Assembly: GCF_009914755.1 (NCBI RefSeq)
Contig: NC_060936.1
Source of the DNA: the human T2T-CHM13v2.0 reference genome, Homo sapiens
DNA: 64,000 bases
Strand: one strand, 5' to 3'
A model generated the notes under the pieces. The model worked only from the letters and a program-made list of their open reading frames with translations, did no database searches and was not told the origin of the DNA. Made by a program: the position numbers and the translations under genes. Of this stretch, positions 48,601 through 60,894 are shown one piece after another; position 1 is the first letter of the stretch; every line of letters begins with the position of its first letter.

Positions 48601-51600
48601 GTGCCAACCCAAGGCTGCAGGAAGGCTTGAAAGGGGAGATCGAGGCATCTGTGTTGTGGAAGGAAAACACAAACGAGTCAGAGGTCCCCCACCACGGGCA
48701 AAAGTGCCTCTCGACCGCACATGCGTGGGGCCCAGGGCACCCTGAGCATCCATGGCTCGAGACCACAGAGTGCCTCGGTCCCATGGGGGCCAGCCCAAGA
48801 CCGAAGGAAGTCTTGAAATGGGAGGTCGAAGCACCTGTGTTGTGGAAGGAAAATACAAATGGCATGGCAGAGATCCCCTCCCGTGGGTGAAAGTGCCACC
48901 CCATCGTGCATAGGTGGGACCCAGGGGACCCAGGCATCCCTGCTTCATGCCCACAGAGCCCCTGGGACCCAAGCGGGCCATCCCAAGGTGGCAAAAAAGC
49001 TTGAAAGGGGAGGTTGAGGCACCTGTGCTGTGGAAGGAAAACACAAACGACAACAGAGGTCCCAACCCGCGGGGGAAAGTACCTCCCCACTGCAAATTCT
49101 TGGTGCCCAGGGGACCCCAGACATCCCTGGTTCATGCTCACATAGCGCCTCAGGCCCACAAGAGCCAGCCCAAGGCGGCAGGAAAGCTTGAAATGGGAGG
49201 TCGAGGCACCTGTGTTGTGGAAGGAAAATACAAACGACGTGGCAGAGTCCCCCCCAATGGGAAACAGTGATTCCCCACTCACAGGCGTGGGACCCAGGGG
49301 TCCCTGCGCATCCCTGGTTCATGCCCTTGGAGGGCCTTGCGCCCACAGGGGCCAGTCCAAGATGGCAGGAAATCTTGAAAGGAGGTAGAGGCACCTGTGT
49401 TCTGGAAGGAAAACACAAACGGCGAGGCAGAGGTCCCCTCCCCATGGATGAAAGTGCCTTCCCAGCATGCATGCCTGGGACCCAAAGGACCCTGAGCATC
49501 TCCCGTTCCTGCCTGTGGAGCACCTTGGCCCACGAGGGCCAGGTAAAGTGGCAGGAAGGCTTGAAAGAAGATCGAGGCACCTGTGGTGTGGAAGAAAACC
49601 AGAAATGGTGAGGCAGAAGTCCCCCCATGGGCGAAAGTGCCCCACTACCACAAATGCGCAGGTCCCAGGGGATGCTGGGCATCCCTGGTTCATGCCCACG
49701 AAGCGCTTTGGCCCACAGGGGCCAGCCCAAGGCGACAGGAAGGCTTGAAAGGCAAAGTCGAGGCACTTCTGATGTGGAAGGAAAACACGAAGGGTGCGGC
49801 AGAGTTCACCCCCATGGGCCAAAGTGTCCCCCCTCGTGCATGCGTGAGGCCCAGGGAACTCTGGGCATCCCTAGTTCACACCCACGGAGGTCCTCCGGCC
49901 CATGGAGGCCAGCCCAAGGTGGCAGGAAGGCCTGAAAGGGGAGGTCGAAGCACCTGTGTTGTCGGGGGAAAAAAGAAACGTCACAGCAGAGGTCCTCCAA
50001 CACGGGCAATAGTGCCTCCCCACCGTGCATGCGAGGGGCCCAGGAGACCCTGGGTGTCCCTGGATAGTGGTCACAGAGTGCCTCGGGCCTATGGGGGCCA
50101 GCCCAAGGCAGCAGAAAGGCTTGAAATGAGAGGTTGAAGCAACTGCGTTGTGGAAGGAAAACACAAACGGTGAGGCAGAGGTACCCCTGCAATGGGCGAT
50201 AGTGCCTCTGCACTGCACATGCACGGGGCCCAGGGGACCCTGGGTGTCCCTGGTTCAAGCCCAGGGAGTGCCTTGGTCCATAGTGGCCAGCCCAAGGCGG
50301 CAGGAAAGCTTGAAAGGGGAGATCCAGGCACTGTGTTGTGGAAGGAAAACACAAACGGTGAGGCAGAGTTCCCCCAACATGGGCGAAAGTGCCTCCCCAC
50401 CAGCATGGGTAGGGTCCAGGGGAGGCTAGGTGTCCTTGTTTCACACCAACAGAGTGCCTTGGTCCCATGCGGGCCAGCCCAAGGCGGCAGGAAGGCTTGA
50501 AAAGGGAGGTAGGGGCACCTGTGTTGTGGAAGGAAACAAACGGGGAGGCAGAGGTCCCCCCACCCACGGGCGAAAGTGCCTCCCCAGCACACATGCATGG
50601 GGCCCAGGGGACCCTGGGCTTCCCTGGTTCATGCTGCGGAGCACCTCAGCCCCATGGGGGCTTGCCCAAGGCGGCAAGAAGCCTTGAAATGTAGGTGGAA
50701 GCACCTGTGTTGTGGAAGGAAAACACAAAAGGCGTGGCAGAGGTTTCCCCCCAACGTTTGAAAGTGCCTCTCCACCGCACATGTGCAGGGCCCTGGGGAA
50801 CCTGGGCATCCCTGGTTCTCACTCACTAAGGGTCTCAGCCCATGGGGGCCAGCCCAAGGTGGCAGGAAGGTCGAGGCACCTGTGTTGTGGACGGAAAACA
50901 CAAACGGCCAGGCAGTGGTCCCACCCCACAGGCGAAAGTGCCACCCCAACGCACAAGCATGGGGCCCAGGGGACCCTGGGTGTCCCTGGTTTATGCCCAC
51001 AGAGTGCCTCGCTGCCACCGGGACCAGCCCAAGGCAGCAGGAAGGCCTGAAATGGGAGGTCGAGGCACCTGTGTTGTGGAAGAAAACACAAATGGTGCAG
51101 CAGAGATCCCCCACCACGTGCAAAAGTGCCTCCTGACCAGGCATGCATGGGGCCCAGGGGACCCTGGGTGTCCCTGATTTCGAGGCACTTGTGTTGTGGA
51201 AGGAAAACACAAAAGGTGAGGCAGAGGTCCGCCCCCACAGGTGAAAGTGCCTCCCCAACACCCATGCTTGGGACCCAGGGTACCCTGGGCATCCCTGGTT
51301 CATGCCTATGGAGCGGTTCGGCCTATGGGGCCAGCCCAAGGCAGCAGGGAGGCTTGAAAAGGGAGGTCGAGGCACCTGTGTTGTGGAAGGAAAACACAAA
51401 AGGCGAAGCAGAGGTCCGCCCCCACAGGTGAAAGTGCCTCCCCAACATCCATGCTTGCCGCCCAGGGTACACTGGGCATCCCTGGTTCGTGCCCATGGAG
51501 CACTTCAGCCCACGTGGTCAGCCCAAGGCGGCAGGAAGTCTTCAAAGGGGAGGTCGAGGCACCTGTCTTTTGGAAAGTAAACACAAACCACGGGGCAGAT

Positions 51601-54600
51601 GTCCAGCCCCAGGAGCGAAAGAGCCTCCCCAATGCACATGCACAGGGCCCAGGGGACCTGGGCATCACTGATTTGTGCACACAGGGCACATCGTGCCCAC
51701 TGAGGCCAGCCCAAGGCGGCAGGAATGCTTGAAAGGTGAGGTCGAGGCACCTGTGTTGTGGAAGGAAAAGAGAAATGGCGCAGCAGAGGCCCCCTGCCAG
51801 CAGGCGAAAGTGTCTGCCCACCACAGAGGCATGGGGCCCAGGAAAAACTGGCCATACCTGGTTCATGCCCACGGAGTGCCTGGATCCCATGGGGGACAGC
51901 ACAAGTTGGCAGGAAGGCTTGAAATGGGAGGTCGAGGCACCTGTGGTGTGGAAGGAAAACAAAAACGGCTCGGCGGAGGACCTCCCACGGGCGAAAATGC
52001 CTCCCCACTGGGCATGCACGGGGCCCAGGGGACATTGGGCATCACTGATTCGTGACCATGGAGCTCCTCGGGTCCACGGGGGCCAGCCCAAGGCGGCAGA
52101 AATGCTTGAATGGGGAGGTTGAGGCCCCTGTGTTGTGGAAGGAAAACACAAACGGCGAGGCAGAGTTTCCCTTCACGGGTGAAAGTGCCTCCCCACCACT
52201 CATGCGCAGCGCCCAGGGGACCCTGGGCTTCCTATTTTGCACCCACGGAGTGCCTCAGGCCCATGGGGGCCGGACCAAGGCAGCAGGAAGGATTGAAATG
52301 GGAGGTCAAGGCACCTGTGTTGTGGAATGAAAACACAAACGGTGAGGTAGCCGTAGCCCCCAATGGGGGAAATTCCCTCCCCCCACGCATACACGTGGCC
52401 CAGGGGACCCTGGGTGTTCCCGGTTGCACCCACGGAGGGCCTCGGGACCACGGGGACCAGCCCAAGGTGGCAGGAAGGCTTGAAAGGAGAGGTTGAGTCA
52501 CCTGAGGTTTGGAAGGAAAACACAAACGGTGCGGCAGAGCTCCCCAATGGGCGAATGTGGCCCCCACCGGGCACGCGTGAGGTGCAGGGGACCTTGCACA
52601 TCCCTGTTTCGAGCCCAAGGGGTCCTTCAGGCCCACAGGGGCTAGCCCAAGGATGTACAAAGGCTTGAATGGGGAGGTCGAGCCATCTGTGTTGTGCAAG
52701 GAAAACACAAACGGCACGGCAGCGGACCCCACCCACAGCGTGAAAGTGCCTCCCCATCGCGCATGCATGGGGCCGAGGGGACCCTGGGCAATGCTGGTTC
52801 ATGCCCAGGGAGTGCCTCGGGCCCACAGGGGCCAGCCCAAGGCGGCAGGAAGGCTTGAAAGCGGAGGTCGAGGACCCTGTGTTGTGCAAGGAAAACATAA
52901 ACGGCGAGGCAGAGGTCCCCTTCCACAGGCGATAGTGCCTCACCACGGTGCATGTTCACAGCCCAGGGGACCCTAGGCACCCCTGATGCACGCCCACAGA
53001 GTGCCTCGACCCACCGTGGCCAACCCAAGGCGGCAGGAAGGCTTGAAAGGGGAGGTCCAGTCATCTGTGTTGTGGAAGGAAAACAAATGGAGAGGCAAAC
53101 GTCCCCCAGCACAGTGAAAGTGCCTCCCCACTGTGCATGCACAGGGCCCAGGGTAAGCTGGCATCCCTGGTTAGCGCCCGTGGAGTGCCTGTGGCCCATG
53201 AGCATGAGCCCAATGCGGCAGGAAGGCTTGAAAGTGGAGGTCGAGGCACCTGTGTTGTGGAAGGAAAACAAACGGCGAGGCAGAGGTCCCCCCAACGGGG
53301 CGAAAGTGCCTCCCTACCGCGCATTCACAGGGCCCAGGGGACCGTGGGCATCCCTGCTTCACGCCCACAGAGTGCCTAGGGCCCAAGTTGACCAGCCCAA
53401 GGTGGCAGGAAGTCTTGAAAGGGGAGGTAGAGACACCAGAGGTGTGGACGGAAAACAAACAGTGCATCAGAGGTCCCCTGCAACGGACGAAAGTGCCTAC
53501 CCACTGGGCATGCGCAGGGTCCAGTGGACCCTGGGCATCCTTGTTTTGCACCAACAGAGCACCTTGGCCCATGGGGGCCAGCCCAAGGTGGCACAAAAGC
53601 TTGAAAGGACAGGTCAAGGCACCTGTGTTGTGGAAGGAAAACACAAATGGCGCAGCAGAGGTCCCCTACCCGAGCTGAAGTGCCTCCCCACCGCACATGC
53701 GCAGGGCTCAGGGGACCCTGGGCAGCACTGGTTCATGCCCTGGGAGCACCTTGGGCCCACGGGGACCAGCCCAAGGCAGCAAGAAGGCTTGAATGGGGAG
53801 GTCGAGAAACCTGTGTTGTTGAAGGAACACACAAACGGCAAGGCAGAGGTCCCCACCCATGGGCAAAAGTGCCTACCCACCGCACATGTGCAGGGCCCAA
53901 GGGACCCTGAGCATCCCTGGTTCGTGCCCATGGAGCACCTTGGGCCCATGAGGGCCAGCCAACCCTGGTTTTCACTGGTTCACACTTACAGAGTGCCTTG
54001 ATACCACAGGGGCCAGCCCAAGGCAGCAGGAGGGCTTGAAAGGGGTGGTTGAGGCACCTGTGTTGTGGAGGGAAAAAAGAAATGGCACGGCAGAGGTCCT
54101 GCCCACGGGCGAATGTGCCTCCCCACCGCACATGCATGGGGCCCAGTGGACCCTGGGCATCCCTGGATTATGCCCACAGAGCACATCGGCCCATGGGCCA
54201 AATCAAGGCGGCAGGAAGGCTTGAAAGAGATCGTCGAGGCACCTGTGTTGTGGAAGGAAAACACAAACAGCGAGGCAGATGTCCCCTCTCACAGGCGATA
54301 GTGCCTCCCCACCATGCATTTTCTGGGCCCAGGGGGCCCTGGGTATCCCTGCTTCATGCACACGTAGCACCTCGAGACCACTGGGGTCAGCCAAAAGCAG
54401 CAGGAAGGCTTGAAAGGGGAGGTCGAGGCACCAGTGTTGTAAAGGAAAACACAAAAGGCAAGGTAGAGGTTCCCCCGATAGGTGAAAGTGCCTCCCCACT
54501 GTGCATGCACAGGACCCAGGGGACCCTAGGCATCTCTGGTTTATGCCCACGGAGTGTCTGGGGCCCATGGCGACCAGCCCGGGGCAGCAGGAAGGCTTGA

Positions 54601-57600
54601 AAGGGGAGGTCGAGACACCAGAGGTGTGGACGGAAAACACAAACGGCGCAGCAGAGGTCACCTCCACGAGCAAAAGTGCCTCCCCACTGGGCAGGCGCGG
54701 GGCCCAGCGGACCCGGGGCATCCCAGTTTTGTGCCAATGGAGTGCCTCAGCCCTTGGGGGCCAGCCCATGGCGTCAGGAAGAGTTGAAAGGGGAGGGCCA
54801 GGCACCTGTGTTGTGGAAGGAAAACACAAACGGTGAGGCAGAAGTCTGCCGCCCACGGGCAAAAGTGCCTCCCCACTGCTCATGCGTGTGGCCCAGTGGA
54901 CACAGGGCATCCCTGGTTCACATCCACAGAGCACCTCAGGCCCACGGGGGCCAGCCGAAGGCAGCAGGAAGGCTTGAAAGGGGAGGTCGAGGCACCCGTG
55001 TTGTGGAAGGAAAACAGAAACGGTGTGACACGGGCCCTCCCAAGGGCAAAAGTGCCTCCACACCACGCATGTGCAGGGCCCAGACCACCCTGAGCATCTT
55101 TAGTTCACACCCACGGAGTGCCTCAGCACACAGGGGCCAGCCCAAGGGGGCAGGAAGTCTTGAAAGGGGAAGTCGAGGCACCTGTGTGTGGAAGGAAAAC
55201 ACAAATGGTGAGGCAGACGTCCCATGCCACGGGTGAAAGTTCCTCCCCACCGCCCATGCGTGGGGCCCAGGGGACCCCAGGTGTCCCTGTTTCAAGCCCA
55301 TGGAGCGCCTCGGGCCCAAGGGGGCCAGCCCAAGGCGGCAGGAAGGCTTGCAATGGGAGGTCAAGGCACCGGTGGTGTGGAAGGAAAACACAAACGGCGC
55401 GACCGAGGTCCCCTACCCCCCCACGGGCGAAATTGCTTCCCCACTGCCCTCGCATGAGGCGCATGGGACCCTGGGCATCCCTGGTTCTCGTCTATGGGGC
55501 ACTTTGGCCCACAGGGGCCAGCCCAAGGCGGCAGGAAGACTTGAAAGAGGAGGTCAAGGCTTCTGTGTGTGGAAGGAAAACAAAAGGTGGGGCAGAGGTC
55601 TCTCCCACGGGCAAAAGTGCCACCCCATCGCGCATGCGAGGGGGCTAAGGGACCCTGGGCATCCCTGGTTTGTGCCTACGGAGCGCCACGGGCCCACATG
55701 GGCCAGCCCAAGGCGGCAGGAAGTCTTGAAAGGGGAGTCCGAGGCACCTATGTTGTGGAAGGAGAACACAAACGGTGCGGCAGAGGTTCCCCGCACAGGC
55801 GAAAGTACCACCCCACCACGAATACTCACGGCCCAGGAGACCCTGAGCATCCTCCTTCACACCCTCAGAGAGCCTCGGCCCACAGGTGCCAGCCCAAGGC
55901 GGCAGGAAGACTTGAAAGGGGAGGTCGAGGCACCTGTGGTGTGGAAGTAAAGCAGAAACGTCGCGGCAGAGGTGTCTCCTCCACGGATGAAAGAGCCTCC
56001 CCACCGCGCATGCGTGGGGCCCAAGGGATCCTGGGCATCCTTGATTCACAGCCACAGAGGGCCTTGGGCCACAGGTGCCAGCTCAAGGTAGCAGGAAGGC
56101 TTGAAATGGGAGGTCGAGGCACCTGTGGTATGGAAGGAAAACACAAACGGTGAGGCAGAGGTGCCAACCACGGGCGAAAGTACCGCCCCACCATGCATCC
56201 GCAGGGCCCAGGGGACCCTCGGCATCCCTGGTTCGTGGCCGTGGAGCGCCTTGGCTCACGGGGGCCAGCCCAAGGCAGCAGGAAGACTTGAAAGGAGAGG
56301 TCAAGGCACCTGAGGTGTGGAAACAAAGCAGAAATGTCACGGCAGAGGTCCCCCCTCCGTGGATGAAAGAGCCTCCCCACCATGCATGCATGGGTCCTAA
56401 GGGAACCTGGGCATCCTTGGTTCACGGCCACGGAGGGGCCCACGGGGTCCAGCTCAAAGTAGCAGGAAGGCTTGAAAGGGCAAGCTGAGGCACCTGTGGT
56501 GTGGAAGGAAAACACAAACGGCCAGGCAGAGGCGCCAACCACGGGCGAAAGTACCTCCCCCCATGCATCTGCAGGGCCTAGGGGACCCTTGGCATCCCTG
56601 GTTCATGGCCTTGGAGCGCCTCAGTCCATGGAGGCCAGCCTAAGGCGGCAGGAAGGCTTGAAAGGGGAGGTCGAGGCACCTGTGTTGTGGACGGGAAACA
56701 CAAATGGCGTGGCGGAGGTCTTCACGCCCATGGAGCACCTAGTCCCACGGGGCCAAGCCAAGGTGGGAGGAAAGCTTGAAAGGGGAGGCTGAGGCACATG
56801 TGTTGTGGAAGGAAAACACAAACGGCAAGGCAGAGGTTCCCCACGGGTGAAAGTGCCTCCCCACCGCGCATTCAGGGGGCTTTGGGGACCCTGGGCATCC
56901 CTGAATCAAGCCCACGGAGTGGTTCAGGCCCACAGGGGCCAGCCCAAGATGGCAGGAAGGCTTGAATTTGGAGGTCGAAGCACCTGTGGTTTGGAATGAA
57001 AACACAAATTGTGCAGCAGAGATCCCCCCCACGGGGGAAAGTGCCTCCCCACGGTGCATGCGTGGGGCCGAGGTGACCCTGGTCATCCCTGGTTCACACC
57101 CTCGGAGTGCCTCGGCTCACGGGGGCCAGCCCAAGGCGGCAGGAAGTCTTGAAAAGGGAGTCGAGGCACCAGCAGTGTGGAACGAAAACACAAGAGGCGC
57201 GCTAGAGGTGACCCCCACGGGCGAAAGTGCCAACCCACCGTGCATGCAGGGCCCTAGGAGACCCTGGTCTTCCCTGTTTCATGGCCAAGGAGTTAATCAG
57301 CCCACGGGGGCCAGCCCAGGAGGCAGGAAGGCTTGAAATAGGAGATTGAGCCACCTGTGTTGTGGAAGTAAAACACAAATGATGAGGTGCAGGTCCACCC
57401 CCACGGGTGAAAGTGAATCCCCACCGTGCATGCACAGGGTCCAGTGGAACCTGTGCATCCCTGGTTCACACCTGTGGAGCACCCCAGGCCCACTGGGGCC
57501 AGCCCAGGGTGGCAGGAGTTCTTGGAAGGGGATATCGAGTCACCTCTGTTGTGGAAGGAAAACACAAATAGCGAAGCAGAGGTCCACGTCCATGGGCGAA

Positions 57601-60600
57601 AGTGCCTCCCCACCACAAATATGCATGGCTCTGGGAACATGGCATTCCTGGCTCACACCCACAAAGGGACTCGGGCCCACGGGGGCCAGCCCGAAGTGGC
57701 AGGAAGTCTTGAAAGGGGAGGTCGAGGCACCTGTGGTGTGAAATGAAAACAGAAATGGCACTGCAGAGGACCCCCCCACGGGCGAAAGTGCCTCCCAACC
57801 GCACAAACGTGGGGTCCCAGGCGACCCTGGGCTTCCCTTTAATGCACACATGGAGCACTTCAGGCCCACGTATGCCAGCCCATGGCACCAGGAAGGCTTG
57901 AAAGGGGAAGTCGAGTCACCTGTGGTGTGGAAGGAAAACACAAAGGCGAGACAAAGGTTTCCCTAATGGGCGAAAGTGCCTCTGCACTGCCCATGTGTGT
58001 GGCCCAGGGGAACCTGGGCATCCCTGTTTCATGCCCCCAGAGTGCCTCAGGCCCACAGATGTCAGCCCAAGTGGCAGGATGGCTTGAAAGGGGAGGTCAA
58101 GGCACCTGTGGTGTGGAAGGAAAACATAAACGGTGAGGCAGAAGTCCCCCCACAAGGGCCAAAGTGCCTTCTGACTGTACATGCATGGGGCCCTGGGGAC
58201 TCTGGGCATCCCTGATTCATGGCCATGGAGGGCCTCAGGCCGACAGGGGCCAGCCCAAGGTGGCAGGAAGGCTTGAAAGGGGAGGTCGAGACACCTGTGT
58301 TGTGGGGGAAAACACAAATGGTGAGGCAGAGGTCCCACCCCACAGGCAAAAGTGCCCCCCAACACACATGCGCAGGGCCTAGAGGACTGTGGGTATTCCA
58401 GGTTTGCCCATATGAAGCGCCTTGGCATACGGGGCCCAGCCCAAGGCAGACAGAAGGTTTGAAAGGGAGGTCGAGGCACCTGCAGAGTGGAAGGAAAACA
58501 AACTGCGTGGCAGAGGTCCCCCACTATGGGTGAAAGTGCCTTCCCACTGCACATGCACAAGGCCCAGGAAACCCTGGGTGTCCCTGGTTGGCACCCAAGG
58601 AGCACCTCGGCCCACGAGGTCCAGCCCAAGGTGACAGGAAGGCTTAAAAGCTGAGGTCGAGGCATCTGTGTTGTGGAAGGAAAACACAAATGGCGAGGCC
58701 AAGCTCCCCACTAAAGGGCTGCAGTGTCTCTCCACCGCTCATGCGCAGGGCCCCAGGGACGCTGAGTGTCCCTGGATTGTGCCCACAGAGTGCCTCACTC
58801 CCATGGACGCTAGCCCAAGGCTGCAGGAAGGCTTGAAAGGGGAGGTCGAGGCACCTGTGACCCAGAAGGAAAACAAATGGCGAGGCAGAGGTCCACCACT
58901 GATGGGTGAAAGTGCCTTCCCACTGCACATACCTGGGGCCCAGGGGACCCAGGGCATCCCTGGTTCATGCCCATGGAGAGCCTCGGCCCACGGGGGCCAG
59001 CCCAAGGCAGCAGGAAGACGTGAAATGGGAGTTTGAGGCACCTGTGTTGTGGAAGGAAAACACAAATGGCGAGGCAGAGGTTCCCACCCAGGGGCCAAAG
59101 TGCCGCCCCACCACACATCGCTGAGCCCAGTGGACCCTGGGCATCCCTGATTTGCACACACAGAGCACCCCGGGCCCATGGAGGCCAGCCCAAGGTAGCA
59201 GGAAGGCTTGAAAGTGGAGGTCGAGGCACCTGTGTTGTGGAAGGAAAACACAAACGGCGAGGCAGAGGTCCCCCCTCACAGGCGAAAGTGTCTCCCCTCT
59301 GTGCATGCATGGGGCCCATGGGACCCTGGGCAGCCCTGGTTCATGTCCATGGAGTGCCTTGGGCCCAACGGGGCCAGCCCAAGGTGGCAGGAATTCTTGA
59401 AAAGGGAGGTCGAAGCACCTGTGATGTGGAAGAACACAAGCGGCGAGGCAGAGGTCCCCCCACACGAGCAAAAGTGCCTCCCCAGCATGCATGAGTGGGG
59501 CCCAGGGGACTAGGAGTGTCCTTGGTTCACACCTGTGGAGGGTCTCGGCCCATGAGGCCAGCCCAAGGCAGCAGGAAAATTTGGAAAGGGAGGTCAAGGC
59601 AACTGTGTTGTGGAAGGAAAACAAACGGTGAGGCAGAGGTCCCCCCTCAGGGGAGAAAGTGCCTCTCTGCCGTGCATGTGTGTGTGGGGCCCATGGGCCC
59701 CTGGGCATCCCTGGTTCATGCCCATGGAGTGCCTTGGGCCCAAGGGGCCAGCCAAAGGCGGCAGGAATTCTTGAAATGGGAGGTCAAAGAACCTGTGTTG
59801 TGGAAGGAAAACACAAACAGCGAGGTAGAGTTCCACCCCCAAGGGCGAAAGTGCCTCTTCACTGCACATGCGGGGGTCCCAGGTGACCCTTGGCATATTT
59901 GGTTCATGCCCACAGAGCATCTTGGCCCATGGGGCCAGCCTAAGGGGGCAGGAAAGTTTGGAAAGAGAGGCCGAGGAACCTGTGTTGTTGAAGGAAAACA
60001 CAAATGGCGAGGCCGAGGTACCCCCTCACAGGCGAAAGTGCCTCCCCACTGTGTATGCATGGGGCCCACAGGACCCTGGGCATCCCTGATTCATGCCCAC
60101 AGAGCATCTTGGGCCCAAGCGGGCCAGTCTGAGGTGGAAGGAAGGCTTGCAAGGGGAGGTTGAGGCACCTGTATTGTGGAAGGAAAACACAAACGATGAG
60201 GCAGAGGTCCCACACCACGGGTGAAATTGCCTCCCCGCTGCACATGCATGGGACCCAGGGGACCCTGCGTGTCCCTGGTTCGTGCCCACAGAGCATCTCG
60301 GGTGCATGCAGTCCAGCCCAAGGTGGCAGGAAGGCTTGAAACGGGAGGTTGAGCCACCTTGTATGTGCAAGGCCCAGGGGACCCTAGCCATCACTGGTTC
60401 ATGCCCCCAGAGCTCCTGGGGCCCATGGGTGCCAGCTCAATGCTCAGGAATTCTTGGAAGGGGAGGTCAAAGCACCGGTGTTGTGGAAGGAAAACACAAA
60501 TGGCGATTCAGAGGTCCCCCCTCCAAGGGCGAAAGTGCCTCCCCACCGCACGTGCCTGGGGCCCAGGGGACAATGGGCATTCCTGATTCATGCACATGGA

Positions 60601-60894
60601 GTGCCTCGCACCCACGGAGGCCAGCCCAAGGTGGGAGGAAAGCTTCAATGGGGAGGTATAGGCACCTGTGGTGTGAGAGGAAAATACAAGCGGCATGGCA
60701 GAGGTCCCACACCACTTGTGAAAATGTCTCCTCACCACCCATGCGTGGGGCCCAGGGGACCATGGGCATCCCTGGTTCATGTCTACGGAGTGTCTTGGCC
60801 AATGGGGGCCAGCCCAAACTGGCAGGAAGGCTTGAAAGAGGAGGTGGAGGCATCTGTGTTGTGGAAGGAAAACACAAGCGGTGTGGCAGAGATC
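42658..60894 (-). repeat. Satellite subtype C block (~97 monomers), inverted orientation
   Basis: From 42658 the repeat reads GGCAGGAAGGCTTGAAAGGGGAGGTCGAGGCACCTGTGTTGTGGAAGGAAAACACAAA, the reverse complement of the subtype C landmark, with the same ~188-bp period up to the alpha satellite. Confidence 0.95.

Larger units (their letters stand above)
1..60894. repeat. GC-rich ~188-bp tandem satellite array, gamma-satellite-like (GSAT/GSATII family)
   Basis: The landmark CCTCGACCTCCCCTTTCAAG recurs every ~185-191 bp (TTCAAG ends at 90, 279, 467, 657, 848 and at 11150, 11335, 11712, 11902, 12092, 12280). My by-eye consensus of the main type is 188 bp: TTCAAGCCTTCCTGCCGCCTTGGGCTGGCCCCCGTGGGCCCGAGGCACTCCGTGGGCATGAACCAGGGATGCCCAGGGTCCCCTGGGCCCCACGCATGCGCGGTGGGGAGGCACTTTCGCCCGTGGGGGGGACCTCTGCCTCGCCGTTTGTGTTTTCCTTCCACAACACAGGTGCCTCGACCTCCCCT. 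The tandem nature is seen directly. The gamma-satellite assignment is inferred from GC richness, unit size class and adjacency to alpha satellite, and needs RepeatMasker/Dfam confirmation. Confidence 0.85.

Noticed and set aside
1-60894. CRISPR-like appearance (a conserved ~30-bp motif recurring at regular spacing)
   Set aside because: The intervening sequences are homologous to each other rather than unique spacers, the period is 188 bp, there are no cas genes, and the context is primate alpha satellite.
1-60894. Assignment to other GC-rich human repeats (rDNA spacer, D4Z4, SST1, TAR1, ACRO1, SVA VNTR)
   Set aside because: The 188-bp period and the motifs do not match what I know of these families. 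This was not formally excluded without a library search.
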